Below, in pieces: positions 1 to 11,267 of a stretch of 36,409 bases of DNA. The notes beneath the pieces were generated by a model. That model searched no databases and was not told the origin of the DNA. It worked only from the letters and a program-made list of their open reading frames with translations. The stretch is from Perkinsus chesapeaki ATCC PRA-425 (taxonomy: Eukaryota; Protista; Perkinsozoa): positions 1-36,409 of the forward strand of contig JAAPAO010000361.1 in NCBI GenBank assembly GCA_013115145.1, read 5' to 3'. Made by a program: the position numbers and the translations under genes. Each line of letters opens with the position of its first letter. The stretch's first letter is position 1.

Positions 1-70
<70 letters not shown>
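1..70. repeat. Poly-C homopolymer (70 nt visible; may extend left of the window)
   Basis: Read directly from the sequence. It lies ~53 nt beyond the eIF3b stop and may be a contig-end or sequencing artefact. Confidence 0.9.
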
Positions 71-72
<2 letters not shown>

Positions 73-123
73 AGCTCTTAGAAAGAGTACAACTCTTCTT
101 GCTAAAAAGAAACAACGATTTGC

Positions 124-3100
124 CTACAAGATAGACGACACCTTGATTACCGGCTTTCCCTGATCAATCTCACGGGTCTCAGTGAATGTAACAGTCTCTC
201 TTGAGGCTTCCAGGCGCTTGAAGCCCTACGGTGGAACATTCGATAGTGTAGCCGCCGCCAGGTGGACCTACCTCATCCCAGTCCTCGCAACCATGTACCT
301 TTGCCATCTCGGCGCGGAACTCCTCAAGATCCTCAAGCATAGACCTGAAGTGAGCAATTGCAGGCGCCAATGGTCGAATGGAGTGCCGACCTGAAGTCGT
401 CCTGGATAGCCTTCTTGTCAGCGACGGCAGCTGCACGTTGCTGGCTGGCGAAGTCGCGATCACCGGCCTCATATTGGGAGATGTACTCCTTGTAGTTCTT
501 CCTAATGTTCTCAACCTCCTTTTCTGAGAGAAGCTGCTTCGGATGAGGCCTCCAGTCCGCGAACCACAGGCTTTCCTTCGGGCACTTGTACCTACCAGAC
601 CTCATTCCCACAAGACCAGACAGCTCAACGAGCGGCGGCCTACAGTAGACGTCCCTGGAAGCTCCAGACACAGAAGCCACTTTCCTGAGCGTTGCGATAG
701 CCTCGGCCGGCAGCGCTCTCAAATATATTCTGGGTGACAGCGGTCAGAAGATACCTGGACAGCAACGGTGTTTTCGTACCGTCACGAAGGAGAAGAGGTG
801 ACCGACCTTCCGCTAGGGTCCCAAGAGACTTGATTAAGCATGAAGTGCTCATCAGTGTTGTGAATGTCAACCTTATTTTCAGGAGTCAGGCAGCCGAAGA
901 CGATCTCACCGCTGGACTCGGACCACATAACCCAGTATCTACCAAAGGCCCATTTTACAATACTTAAGTCTGGCAGACTTCCATCCTACCTTCCCAAAGT
1001 ATTCCACTTGAAAAGATGCATATAGTTGGTCATGCTGTATTCGGCAACCTTCTCAACAGTAGCAGGGGCGCCGACCATAGTGCTAGTGGTCTTAACCTAC
1101 CACAACGACAATCACTATTGTTCATCACCACAGCCGTAGACTCACCTCATAGAACCATATCTTAGGATCACGACCCTCAGTGCTTGTATTAATAACAGCA
1201 AGGCGATTGCCATGGGGCTCCCAGTGGACCTGGTTGAGGGAGAGCATCCTATCGCGCAATATAGACGATATGAGCAGCTTACAGCCTTCACTGAGCGGTT
1301 CTTCAACTCAATCTTCTCAGCAGGGCAGCCCTTCTCATTGAGACGGAACACTTCCAAAAGTGGGTTTCTACACCACAACTGTCGTCCACAGGCTCTACTA
1401 GTAATTGGTAGTACCCAGTCTTGCCACTCTTGGAAACACGAAGAACGTTAGTGGCGACATAGTCGCCTTGAGGATGCCAGTAGATGTCCGCCGGCCGACT
1501 GTTGTCGATCTAAAGAGTCCGATCCATCTCACATATTCGCTGGGATTCTGCTCACTTGGAAGGCGTTCTTGGCGACGATCTCCTTGAAAGGACCCTTCTT
1601 CTTCGACTCCAAGAGAGCGAACCTTGCTGGGGAGTTCTGGCTCTCAGGGACCTGCCACCACCGAGTAACAACATCCCTTTAACACGATTCCAACGTACCC
1701 AAACAGCGAGTATATCCCGTTTAGCTGGGCACCACGAGATAGCAGTGATTCCAGAGTACTTCAGAACTTCCTTCATCTCCATCGAGGGTGTCTCGTATAT
1801 CATCCTAGAACGCCATAGATGCGAAATCGTAGAGAAGCCATCCCGAGGCTTACACTCCGTTGTCGAGCCTCTTCGCGAAGAAGTCTCCACTCGGTGACCA
1901 CATGTACATAGGAATCTGAACGAAGGGGGCATGTGATTCCCTCCCGACGAAAACTACTGGCAACCTACAGTTCGCCTGGGTCTGGTAGTCGCGACCGGAG
2001 CTCCGGGGCCAGTGGCAGCAGCGGGATCAGCAGGCACTATGGGATCCTGTGGAGCCACAAACGGTAAGAAAAACAACCTTCCTGTTATTACCGCCACGGC
2101 AGCCAGCTCGGGCAAGGGCATCGTTCGCTTGCACTCTCCAGTGAAGAGATCGAATATCCGGACAGCAGAGAGATCAGCATGTGACGGATTAGTGCCGTTC
2201 CACGTCATAAGGTACCTGATAGCAGCGCCGATCACAGTGGCCCAGCAGAGGTAGCGTAGCTTCTGCCTTACCTTTCGTTGTTAGTGAAAATGACACGCCT
2301 GACTCTGGCATGCTCGCACTGTATTTTCTTTTCGAAGTTCTCACCACCCCAAAGATTCACTCCAGGAGCATGGAACGTAACGAGGAAAGTTCCCCGAGGA
2401 CTCCAGGCAATATTAGAGTCCGTCCAGACCTTCCGTTGGGCGCGTTCCCTCGCTCCGTCATATTGGACGACGGGTCCACGCTTGTCGAGATGGGTATACC
2501 AGGATACTTCGGTTTGTTTCTCGTATCTAGCACCCGCGAGCTACTACTATTACTCCACGAATGACATATATACGTACCTTATAGCGAGCATCTCCCTCCA
2601 CTCCTTATCGAGCATCCAGTCCCGAGTATCCTTCAGGGTGTACCCGGCCATCAAGCGACTGTGCTGGAAGTGCTGATATAGAAACGAATGACCGTCGAGA
2701 CCAGCAGGTGTAATACATCTGCGGACTCCTCTCCTTCTTCCTCTTCAGGCATGGTACCATCATCATTACAAGCCAACACTTCATCTCTGTGGTCAATGGC
2801 AAACGTCCGTAAGATGTTAGACTTGCCAAAGTGGTAGTGATCGAGAACCTGGCCGCCGCCTCACCATTTCCAGAAGCACAACTAAGCGAACCATTACCTT
2901 GATGGCCTCCGCCGCATGACTTGCTTTGGAAAACGTTACAACTGCCACACCGTCCGTATGGCCAAGATCCTCATTAATGGGCATGTAACTGAGAGTAAAC
3001 AAATCCCGCGAGGTCACCGATCGACATCCCGGAGAATCTTTACACTCCAGAACCCACCCCCACCGTCCTTGCCCATCATATACTACATGTCCGGTTCTTC

Positions 3101-3435
3101 GTCGGCACATCCATCCACTTTCTTGATTGTCTTGGCAAGGACGTGTATGAGCTTATCCAACTTTCGCTCTTCGACCTTTGGCAAATTTGTAATAATAATG
3201 GTTGATTGGAAGGAATCGTCTCGAGGTATCTGCTCAAAGCCAGGCTTTACCTCCTATTTCCGTTAGCCCGTCAGTCCGCCGCCTTTGCACCGCCGTATAT
3301 CACCTGCTCATCATCGAATTCTTCAATATCGCCATCAGAGAGGCATTCCTCCAAGTCCGTAGGTTCACACTTAAGTTCGGTCAACCGCTCCTTCTGCTCG
3401 TCACTGAGCTGCTCTATTAGTGAGGCCTGCTCCAT
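124..3435 (-). CDS. EIF3B: Eukaryotic translation initiation factor 3 subunit B, multi-exon
   Basis: The spliced N-terminus MEQASLIEQ... leads to an RRM (STIIITNLPKVEERKLDKLIHVLAK...GVAVVTFSKASHAAEAIK). It is followed by beta-propeller segments (ITAISWCPAKRDILAVW; EVFRLNEKGCPAEKIELK) and the eIF3b C-terminal signature WFADWRPHPKQLLSEKEVENIRKNYKEY. The last exon ...ETVTFTETREIDQGKPVIKVSSIL* is inferred. Confidence 0.9.
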
Positions 3436-3605
3436 ACCGGAAATCTACACTCAACTGTCAAAGCTAATCGTCACCCCACTCGTCCACGGTGAAGTCAAAA
3501 AATCGTCGGGGCAAATGTCGCTCGCCCAAGTAATCGATAGAGTGACGCTCCCCCGAGGAGCATCGCGTCACTTCTTAGCCCTTTCACCACCCTTATTATA
3601 TTGTA
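3436..3605. promoter_or_regulatory. Short divergent intergenic region between eIF3b and the KH gene
   Basis: Head-to-head start codons are ~170 nt apart, or ~240 nt if the KH start is ATG 3675. Confidence 0.5.
3452..3461 (-). promoter_or_regulatory. TTGACAGTTG motif, copy 1 (upstream of the eIF3b ATG)
   Basis: Plus-strand caactgtcaa, 16 nt from the ATG at 3435. Confidence 0.5.
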
Positions 3606-4733
3606 ATGATTCCGTTGCCATCCAGATCCAAATCATATCGACGTAGCTCAAGAAGCCGTCTACCTAATCCCGAGATGCTCTCGTCTATGCTGCAAAGTAG
3701 TGGCATGAATGTCAGTACGAGGGTGTTTGCCGAATTGAAGAGAGCCCGCTTCTTTGCCGGCCCCTACTGGTTCAAGATGCTTCTCAGTGATAAGCAAGCC
3801 TCTGCTGTAATCGGTCGTGGTGGAGGTGCCATCACATCTATTGAGCACCGCACCAAGACTGTCATGAAGATATCACCGCCCAACACTTATTTTCCTGGGA
3901 CTAACATGCGAATTTTAGTTGCCTCTGCTGACCATGTGGATGCGTTATGTCGAGTATGTGGTATTCTCGTCGATGAATATCTTTCTACTAACCTCGGCGA
4001 CGACGAGTTCTTTGCCACTGAAGCCAGCGATCCCACTTCCCATGATACAGGCATCTATTTCTCGCTGATGGGCATGGCCTCATTCCGTTTGGGCTTAACT
4101 GCTGGTGGCGGTGCGATTTTCCCTATAAGCCCTATCTGTACCTATGGTGAGGAGCGCGTAGTTCGCATATCCTTCGCACGTTGTGGTAACCAGAGGCGCG
4201 CTCTGTCTCTAGCGTGCAAGAGGTTGGTCATGGCCATCCAGTCTGATAAAGCTAACGTATCAAAGAATATACATGTCATGTACGGATCTCATTCCCCATC
4301 TAAGTCGTCTTCCCGCAGCTATTTCTCCGAGCGTTTACCGGCGAGCTTGCACCTATCTGAAAAAGAGTCTCCTCGAGCAAGCGAGACTACGCTGGCGGAG
4401 ATGGTGTCTAATAGTTACACATCTTTATCTCTGGTGGTTAATGGTATCTCTAAGATTTTGGTCGGTTCCAGGGAAGATCTACTTACCTCAGCTCTATGCG
4501 ATATCTCTATCCAGACCTGTACAGATGTATCATTTCGTGAAGTGTCATTGGAGCACGGAGAAGTCCTTGTTGTAGCTATTAACGGGGCTCTCGGGGCCGT
4601 TCACTTGGCGCTTGAACGCATCGTGGCTCTTACATCTGGCGTTCCATCATCATCACCTTTCGGTGATGCAAACATAGATACACGCTTGTTTCGTCACTCT
4701 TCACATTCGAGTGTAGATCATCGTGGCTTCTAA
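3606..4733 (+). CDS. KH-domain RNA-binding protein (Nova/PCBP-like architecture)
   Basis: A 375-aa ORF with a clear KH1 (FKMLLSDKQASAVIGRGGGAITSIEHRTKTVMKISPPNTYFPGTNMRIL). Remnant KH-like ends follow (GEERVVRISF; VAINGALGAVHLALERIV). The start may be 3675. Confidence 0.8.
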   Translation: MIPLPSRSKSYRRSSRSRLPNPEMLSSMLQSSGMNVSTRVFAELKRARFFAGPYWFKMLLSDKQASAVIGRGGGAITSIEHRTKTVMKISPPNTYFPGTNMRILVASADHVDALCRVCGILVDEYLSTNLGDDEFFATEASDPTSHDTGIYFSLMGMASFRLGLTAGGGAIFPISPICTYGEERVVRISFARCGNQRRALSLACKRLVMAIQSDKANVSKNIHVMYGSHSPSKSSSRSYFSERLPASLHLSEKESPRASETTLAEMVSNSYTSLSLVVNGISKILVGSREDLLTSALCDISIQTCTDVSFREVSLEHGEVLVVAINGALGAVHLALERIVALTSGVPSSSPFGDANIDTRLFRHSSHSSVDHRGF

Positions 4734-5864
4734 AGACGAAGTTGGATACATATCGCCGCTGCCGTACCTATATCTAAACACCTTCGGGCGTACGGTTTTT
4801 TATTTGACGTTGGTATATATGCCTCAACCGCAATCGTATTATTTTTGCTGTCATACCGCTACCATTGTCCACTTTATCCTTCTTATCGCCTTCTTAGAAG
4901 CCCGAAGGTGTACTAATGGAGGGTAACTACTAATGTATTTAGCCGTTCTAGTAATTGTATCTCTTACTGTATACCAGGCTTTGCCGCTCTATCAATCATT
5001 TCCCCACTTAATCAGGCTCTAATCTGCTTACCACCTCAGCGTCTATGATCCACCGGCTAAATGTCGATCAGCATCATATCAGCTGTTGTTAAATATAACG
5101 TATTTTAGCAGTCGCTAGCTCGGAGAGGATGTGGGATCTAGTAGCCGAGTGTAGCGATGCTAACTCTGTCACCATTATATTATATTTCGGTTCACCACGG
5201 TGCCCTAGTAGTTTTTTACTCGATTACATTAGCATTGATTATGTTCGGTGTAGGAGCATCGAGGTGTCGTTATCATGTCACGGGTCATGTCTCCTTCTTT
5301 TTACCTTGATGGTATGGTATCTAGTCTATATCATCTGAGGCTCATCATCAGCTACTTACTTGTAGACAATCATTTATTGTTGCATACGCATCCGAAAAGA
5401 CAATCCAATACCCCCGCAAGATTAATATTTTTCAAGGGGTCTACAGATTGGCATCTCGGCATTCGTCCTTATAAGCACAGATGTCGAGGGTTCATCGACG
5501 ACTCCAGAATTCGGTTACTATATCTTTCGATGCGTATCGTAGGCCTCTATGGTCAAAGTTTTTTGTCCAGAGTCAAGTAACGCAGTGCTCCGTTTAACCG
5601 GTGTCCTAGTCGGTATTCCGGACAGCTGCGGTTTCGGTGGAGCTTAGAGAATCTTGAACTCGAGCCATACAATCTTCTCTTTCACTGCAAGTGTTGCGCT
5701 TCTCCTGGAGTTGGGGTATGTAGCCAAGCGTATGAATCACATTGAGTCCGCGGTTGGGCAGCAGCACTATGGTGTGAAATAGGCCACTAATCATTAAGTG
5801 CTTTAGTCGTTCTTTGTCAATGGCTTGTGTGTTGTCCACGTTCAATCATGGTAAAGATTGTTTG

Positions 5865-6550
5865 ATGAATCGATCCACCCCGAAGTCCAGAGGTAGGTCT
5901 TTGTCGCTTGCTAGGGCTCAAGCAGACGCGTTGAACTCCGTTTAATAGATCATCTCCCTTTCAGCAGCTCCGTCGACACTTTCTGCGAGTAGCGTTCGGT
6001 CGAGCAGTGTGTCCTCCCTTTCGGCATATTCGAGAAGCAGACTTCCAAACGGCTCTGCGACGAGCAGCGGGGCTCGCTACTGCCGCGATCTACTTCAAGC
6101 CGTCGAAACTCTCGGTGACTGTTTGGCTATCAGTAGTAATTGCCACTCCAAAGTTTCTACAGGTCCGGTCACCAACGAGCACAAGGCACAGCTAGTTTTC
6201 AATTCCCCCGAGCTAGAATCTCCTCGGGTATGTCCTGAAGGAAGACAGTGGTTTACATACCGTTATCGTCAGGTGGCTAAACGCATAGCTTTCCTGGAAA
6301 AAAGCATCCGTCATTTGGTTGCTAATCCGAAGTCCTTCGGGGGCGGATCGCGCCAGCCTCTACATCCGCCACCCCTTAGAACGTCTCGTAGTCAGGGTAA
6401 GTATTGTTACCTCTTGGTGAGTGCCCCCAGCCCGTTTTAGGTCTTTTTCCTTTGGAGGACAGTGATTTGTTTACCAGTGAGTCTCGAGCTCATTTTGGGT
6501 GGAAGCCGGACCTTGTCGGCGACTTGGAGAAATATAGAAGCTCTCAGTGA
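5865..6550 (+). CDS. Hypothetical multi-exon protein, Ser-rich N-terminus
   Basis: Canonical donors (gtaggt, gtgact, gtatgt, gtaagt) and YAG acceptors join into one frame: MNRSTPKSRAAPSTLSASSV...VAKRIAFLEKSIRHL...DLEKYRSSQ*. No family recognised, and the 5' end is uncertain. Confidence 0.45.
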
Positions 6551-6861
6551 GGATCTGCTGCTCTTTTCCTCGCCTTTGGACGGCGAGCATTCAGGTTCCG
6601 GAATCCTCTGGATAGGATTTGGCGATTCCGTGAGGGCATGTTGAACCAGGCCAACTGCCTTCGCACTAAACCAGCGTACTTCTGATGTCTTTACGTTTGC
6701 ATTTTAACGGCTTGCCATGGCCTCCCTTCATGACTGCACAAAGTTGGTGATCTTGCTTACCTAGTTTTGCTTTCCGGGGTAACTGGCAAAAGCTCGGTCG
6801 ACGTCCTGACGAGGCTCTCCTAGATTGCAGCTTTGTTAACTTTATTTAACTGTTTGATCAA

Positions 6862-7610
6862 ATGAATACACCCCCTACTAGCGCCCCAGGCCCCATGTTC
6901 GGACTCGCCATCCCTGGAAGGCCCCTCATTACTGAGTTCGTCCAAGAGACGCCAACTAGGTACGCAATAGGACCCCAGCTTAGGTTATCAGCCTTGTCTG
7001 CTTTTCAGTTGGCATGTAGATGTTCCCAATCCAGGCAGCGTATCGTCATTCTCAGTGTTCCTCTTGCGGCCAGTTCCTTCCGATACCGTGGGACTGGGTA
7101 TATACTATACGGCGACAACAGGTACCATACGGATTACTACCAAGTTAATTACGCCCTTTCCTCAGACGGTGCCACTTTCGTTGGTGCGCTCTCGAATGCC
7201 AGGCCAACAGATATCTTTTCTCCTGGCTGGCCTCTGAACCCAGACATAGCCAATATGCCTGCAGTGAGGATCGGGTTAGCCTTCGAGCCCTCAGAGGTGG
7301 GTGGTATATACGATATGTTGTTATAAAGCCTCATTTTAGTCTCTCTTGCCGAAGATGAGCACAGTGGGAGAGTCTGTTGACTTCAAGAGGGAATTTGCGC
7401 GGAAAATTGCACTGAACCTCTTCCGGTAAGAATGCGGCGGGTTGCCGTGACAGGCAAGTTTGTGGTGGTAGATACATCGAATCCTTCAACACTAATGGTG
7501 GAGGCGACGCTCGTTTCATGCGATGCCCTCAGGATCTGCTGGATCGGTGGTTGCAGAGATTTGATGACAAATACAGCAAAGACCCTATGTTTGTATTCAA
7601 AACAACGTGA
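6862..7610 (+). CDS. HIKESHI: Hikeshi/OPI10 (DUF775) Hsp70 nuclear-import carrier, multi-exon
   Basis: Segments MFGLAIPGRPL, SVFLLRPVPSDTVGLGIYY, FVGALSNARPTDIF, DFKREFARKIALNLF and the C-terminus LDRWLQRFDDKYSKDPMFVFKTT* parallel the Hikeshi family pattern. Confidence 0.85.
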
Positions 7611-8243
7611 TTATAATATACACCGCATTTCATTCACAAATCCCTCTGCTATTGAGTTTCAGTTAGTTCGGGACGCGACCAGTGTAAGATAACGGTGAAG
7701 TCGGGACCGTTTGCATTCAATCGAGGTCGAAAGAGATAGGAATTCCGATGATGCTCGAGCAGTGTACAAAGCCAGCTGTTTCGCCTGCGTATTTCTCGCG
7801 TCGAATGATTATTGCTAAGTAGGCTCACTGAGTGAACATCCAGGGCGGTCGAACGATAGGCCGACTTGGTGAACACAAAAGCTGTCCCGGTGTTCACAAT
7901 TACTAGATTGTAGCTGCGGCGTGCTGATCTCGCTTATTATGGATGAGGGAATTAAGACGTAATGCATAGGTTTCAACGTGTCCTGTTTGCGGGTTGAGGG
8001 ACGGACAAAACTTTTCATGTGTTCCCGCTGTCCCGCTTTAACGAGCCGAAGAACGCCTTGGGAATGTATCTTACGCTGGTAGGATGTGGATATGCGCTCC
8101 GGTCACAGCCAGGAGCTAAGGGAATCTAGCGCTGTGATTTGTTCGTGGTTAGCGTTATCGTCTCTCACACTGCTTCAAATGTGTTCAGCAAGGTGGTTGA
8201 ATGAAGATTTATAGTGAGTCTCGACTTGTAGTTTTTTATCTTT

Positions 8244-9626
8244 ATGGTTTCTGATAAGCGTCGTGCTTTAGTCATTGGAGGTGGCTTCTCCGGCTTGTTC
8301 GCCGCCAACGAGCTCAAGGATCGTTTCGACGTCACTCTCGTTGATGCCAAGGAGTACTACGAGTACACCCCCGGTATTCTTCGTGCTTATGTCAAGCCAA
8401 GCCATTATGATGCTCTTACATTCACTTACCAGACTGTGCTAGAGCGCACTATGGGTGTCAAGTTCCTCTGGGGTGAGGTCAAGGAACTTGATGGTGACAA
8501 GCAAATTGCTCACATCAAGCCTATGTTCACTGACCATGTTCAGGATGTTCCTTTCGACTACTGCGTGATCGCCGCCGGTTGCACTTTCGGTCTCTTCTCC
8601 AAGTGGGGTGAGTCTCTCTGGGCTCCCACTGTCAACGAGGGTGCCATCGCCGAGTCCGAGTGGAAGCAGATCGATGAGCGTTTCATCGAGGGTCGTCGTC
8701 TTCATATCTATGAGGAGCACGAGAAGCTCGCCGCCCTCAACAAGAAGAAGGCCAACGTTCTTGTTGTTGGTGCCGGTTTCATCGGTGTCGAGTGGGTTAC
8801 TGAGCTTCAGCATTACTTCCCCAACCTCAAGCTCACCATCATGGATTTCCTTCCTAAGTGCCTCGGACCTCTCCCTCAGAACGCCGCCAACTACTGCGAC
8901 AAGTACATGAAGGATCATGGAATCAAGTGCTACTATGGCATGAAGTACGCTCCTAAGGAGGAGGGATTCTTCCAGAAGATCGGTCTCAACGGTGAGCCTG
9001 ACTGCACTTTCGTCTGCATCGGTACCAAGGCCGCCAACTGGTTCATGCCTAAGGAGTGCTTGACTGGCTACAACCCCCTGGAGGAGGACAAGAAGGAGAA
9101 GGACCCCAAGAAGCGTGGCCCCGGTGGCGGAGGATGGATCCACGTCAACAAGCACTTGCAGGTTGTTAAGACTAACGAGGACGGTTCTCAGTCTCTCTGG
9201 GGTAACGGTCACATCTTCGCCGTTGGTGATTGCAACATGGTCCCCGACCTGCCGCCGATCCCGAAGATCTCTTATCCTTCTGAGGAGCAGGCTGCCCACG
9301 CTAGTAAGAACATCAAGATCATGGACCACCTCGAGCATAAGGGTAAGTCCGTTGGAGGCTGCTGCGGGCTCGGTGGTGCCAAGGACCTCGTCACCACTTG
9401 GTGGCCTTGGGGTGCTGGCATGTTCGCCACTTCTCTTGGTCCTAACAAGGCTTGCTTCGTCATGGGAGCCAAGTCTGCTCCTGGTACTGGCCATATGGTC
9501 CTCAAGGGCAAGCTGTCTGCTATTCAGAAGAACCTTATCGAGTCTACCAAGGTTAATGAGGACAAGCGTGGTGTTGTCGGAACTTGCATCTGGTATTTCG
9601 TACACCACACTCCCTTCATGAACTAA
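8244..9626 (+). CDS. AIFM2/FSP1(AMID)-like FAD-dependent NAD(P)H oxidoreductase, copy 1 (intronless, 460 aa)
   Basis: FAD-binding GGGFSG, TLVDAKEYYEYTPGILR, NAD-binding VLVVGAGFIGVE and IFAVGD motifs. Strongly biased codon usage. Confidence 0.88.
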   Translation: MVSDKRRALVIGGGFSGLFAANELKDRFDVTLVDAKEYYEYTPGILRAYVKPSHYDALTFTYQTVLERTMGVKFLWGEVKELDGDKQIAHIKPMFTDHVQDVPFDYCVIAAGCTFGLFSKWGESLWAPTVNEGAIAESEWKQIDERFIEGRRLHIYEEHEKLAALNKKKANVLVVGAGFIGVEWVTELQHYFPNLKLTIMDFLPKCLGPLPQNAANYCDKYMKDHGIKCYYGMKYAPKEEGFFQKIGLNGEPDCTFVCIGTKAANWFMPKECLTGYNPLEEDKKEKDPKKRGPGGGGWIHVNKHLQVVKTNEDGSQSLWGNGHIFAVGDCNMVPDLPPIPKISYPSEEQAAHASKNIKIMDHLEHKGKSVGGCCGLGGAKDLVTTWWPWGAGMFATSLGPNKACFVMGAKSAPGTGHMVLKGKLSAIQKNLIESTKVNEDKRGVVGTCIWYFVHHTPFMN

Positions 9627-9863
9627 TTCCATTACTTTTTTGCTGCTCATGGTTTTGTAGCAGCTCACTGTATTTGTGCTGCGGACCGCTTCGTAGCTGA
9701 GTTTTTTTGCTCAACAAATCCTAACCTATGTTCCTGTAAGTTTACTAGACTTGCGTTAGTTCACATGTGAGATCGGCTCGAACAATATAGCTCGGAGGAT
9801 TATAGCGCGGAGTTTGCTCGAATCCCATCGCCTAGTGTGGTACCGTCAGGATTTTTCCTTACA

Positions 9864-11267
9864 ATGTCATCTGATCGTTCGAATCATCGAAGAGCTTTGG
9901 TCATTGGTGGTGGCTTTGCTGGTTTGTTTGCTGTCAACGAGCTGAAGGCTGACTTTGATGTGACTTTAGTTGACGCTAAAGAATACTTCGAGTACACTCC
10001 CGGTATTCTTCGCGCCTATGCAAACCCCAACCATTACGATGCCCTATCATTTACATACCAGAGAGTTCTCGAGTGCAGTTGTGGAGCTCTTAAGCGAGTG
10101 AACTTCCTGTGGGGCGAAGTACGGGATTTAGATGGCCTTCATCATGTAGCGTATGTGAAACCAATGTTCACCGATGAAGTGGAGAAGGTTCCGTTTGACT
10201 ATTGCGTTATATCGGCTGGCTGCAACTTTGGTGTGTTTTCCAAGTGGGGAGAGTCCCTTTGGGCCCCAACTATCTTGGATAAAGCTCGAATTGAAGGTTC
10301 TTGGCCGCACTTGGATGAGCGGTTCATCGAAGGTCGTCGCCGCCATATTGTAGAGGAGAACGGTAGCTTGAAGAAACTGAATGATGATCACGCGTCCGTA
10401 TTGGTTGTTGGTGGTGGCTTCATAGGTGTCGAATGGGCAACGCAACTGCAGCAGGCTTTTCCCAACCTCCAAATTCACCTCATCGACCATGGCGATAGGT
10501 GCCTGAGGCCTCTGCCCGAACGAGCATCGGCATACTGTGACGAGTATATGCACAAGCATGGTATAAAGACGAAGTACGGCGTGATGTATAACCCAGAAGA
10601 TCCGGGATACTGCGAGAAGATTGGAATGGCCAAGCCACCGGATTGCACCTTCGTATGTGTCGGTGTTAAAGCTGCCAACTACTTTATGCCCAAGGAGACC
10701 CTCTCCAGCTATAATCCACTAGAACCTGATAAGAAGGAGAAGGATATTCGGAAACGTGGCCCTGGTGGAGGCGGATGGATTCGAGTTAATAAGCACCTAC
10801 AAGTGCTTACCACCAACGAGGACGGGTCCGAGTCCCTCTTTGGTGACGGCCATGTCTTCGCCGTGGGTGACTGCAACATGTGCACAGAGCTCCCACCGAT
10901 ACCCAAAATCTCCTATCCGGCAGAGGAGCAGGCAGCCCATGCGACCAAGAACATAAAGATCTTGGACTATCTTGAGCACGAGGGCCACAGAGTCGGCCAC
11001 TGCTGTGGTTTGGTCCCTGCGAAGCAAATGATGGATACATGGTGGCCGTGGGGTGCTGGTATGTTTGCTACTTCTCTCGGGTCTAAGGATGGCTGTTTTG
11101 TCACCGGTGCCAAGGCTTGTCCCGGTAAGGGTCATGTGATTCTTTGGGGCCTCCCATCAGCCATACAGAAGGACCTTATAGAATCTACCAAGGTCGACGA
11201 GCACAGAGGAGGCCTTTTCGGTAAATGTGCTTGGTACTTTGTTCATCATACACCATTTGTAAACTAA
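9864..11267 (+). CDS. AIFM2/FSP1-like oxidoreductase, copy 2 (intronless, divergent paralog)
   Basis: Same motifs (GGGFAG, VLVVGGGFIGVE, VFAVGD). First in-frame ATG is at 9864. Confidence 0.88.
   Translation: MSSDRSNHRRALVIGGGFAGLFAVNELKADFDVTLVDAKEYFEYTPGILRAYANPNHYDALSFTYQRVLECSCGALKRVNFLWGEVRDLDGLHHVAYVKPMFTDEVEKVPFDYCVISAGCNFGVFSKWGESLWAPTILDKARIEGSWPHLDERFIEGRRRHIVEENGSLKKLNDDHASVLVVGGGFIGVEWATQLQQAFPNLQIHLIDHGDRCLRPLPERASAYCDEYMHKHGIKTKYGVMYNPEDPGYCEKIGMAKPPDCTFVCVGVKAANYFMPKETLSSYNPLEPDKKEKDIRKRGPGGGGWIRVNKHLQVLTTNEDGSESLFGDGHVFAVGDCNMCTELPPIPKISYPAEEQAAHATKNIKILDYLEHEGHRVGHCCGLVPAKQMMDTWWPWGAGMFATSLGSKDGCFVTGAKACPGKGHVILWGLPSAIQKDLIESTKVDEHRGGLFGKCAWYFVHHTPFVN

Noticed and set aside
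5905-5925. GGGCTCAAG (and TTTTGCTCAAC near 9705) resembling the 3' end of the perkinsid/dinoflagellate spliced leader
   Set aside because: The match is too short, lacks the upstream CCGTAGCCAT, and the first lies in a predicted intron. Not an SL relic or SL RNA gene.
7649-8018. Short minus-strand ORFs between Hikeshi and oxidoreductase copy 1
   Set aside because: No consistent spliced model and no recognisable motif.
8439-9668. 409-aa antisense ORF over oxidoreductase copy 1 (and a 446-aa one over copy 3, 12245-13585)
   Set aside because: This is a shadow of strong sense-strand codon bias, which removes antisense stops. Less-biased copy 2 lacks a comparably long antisense ORF, and the translation resembles no protein.
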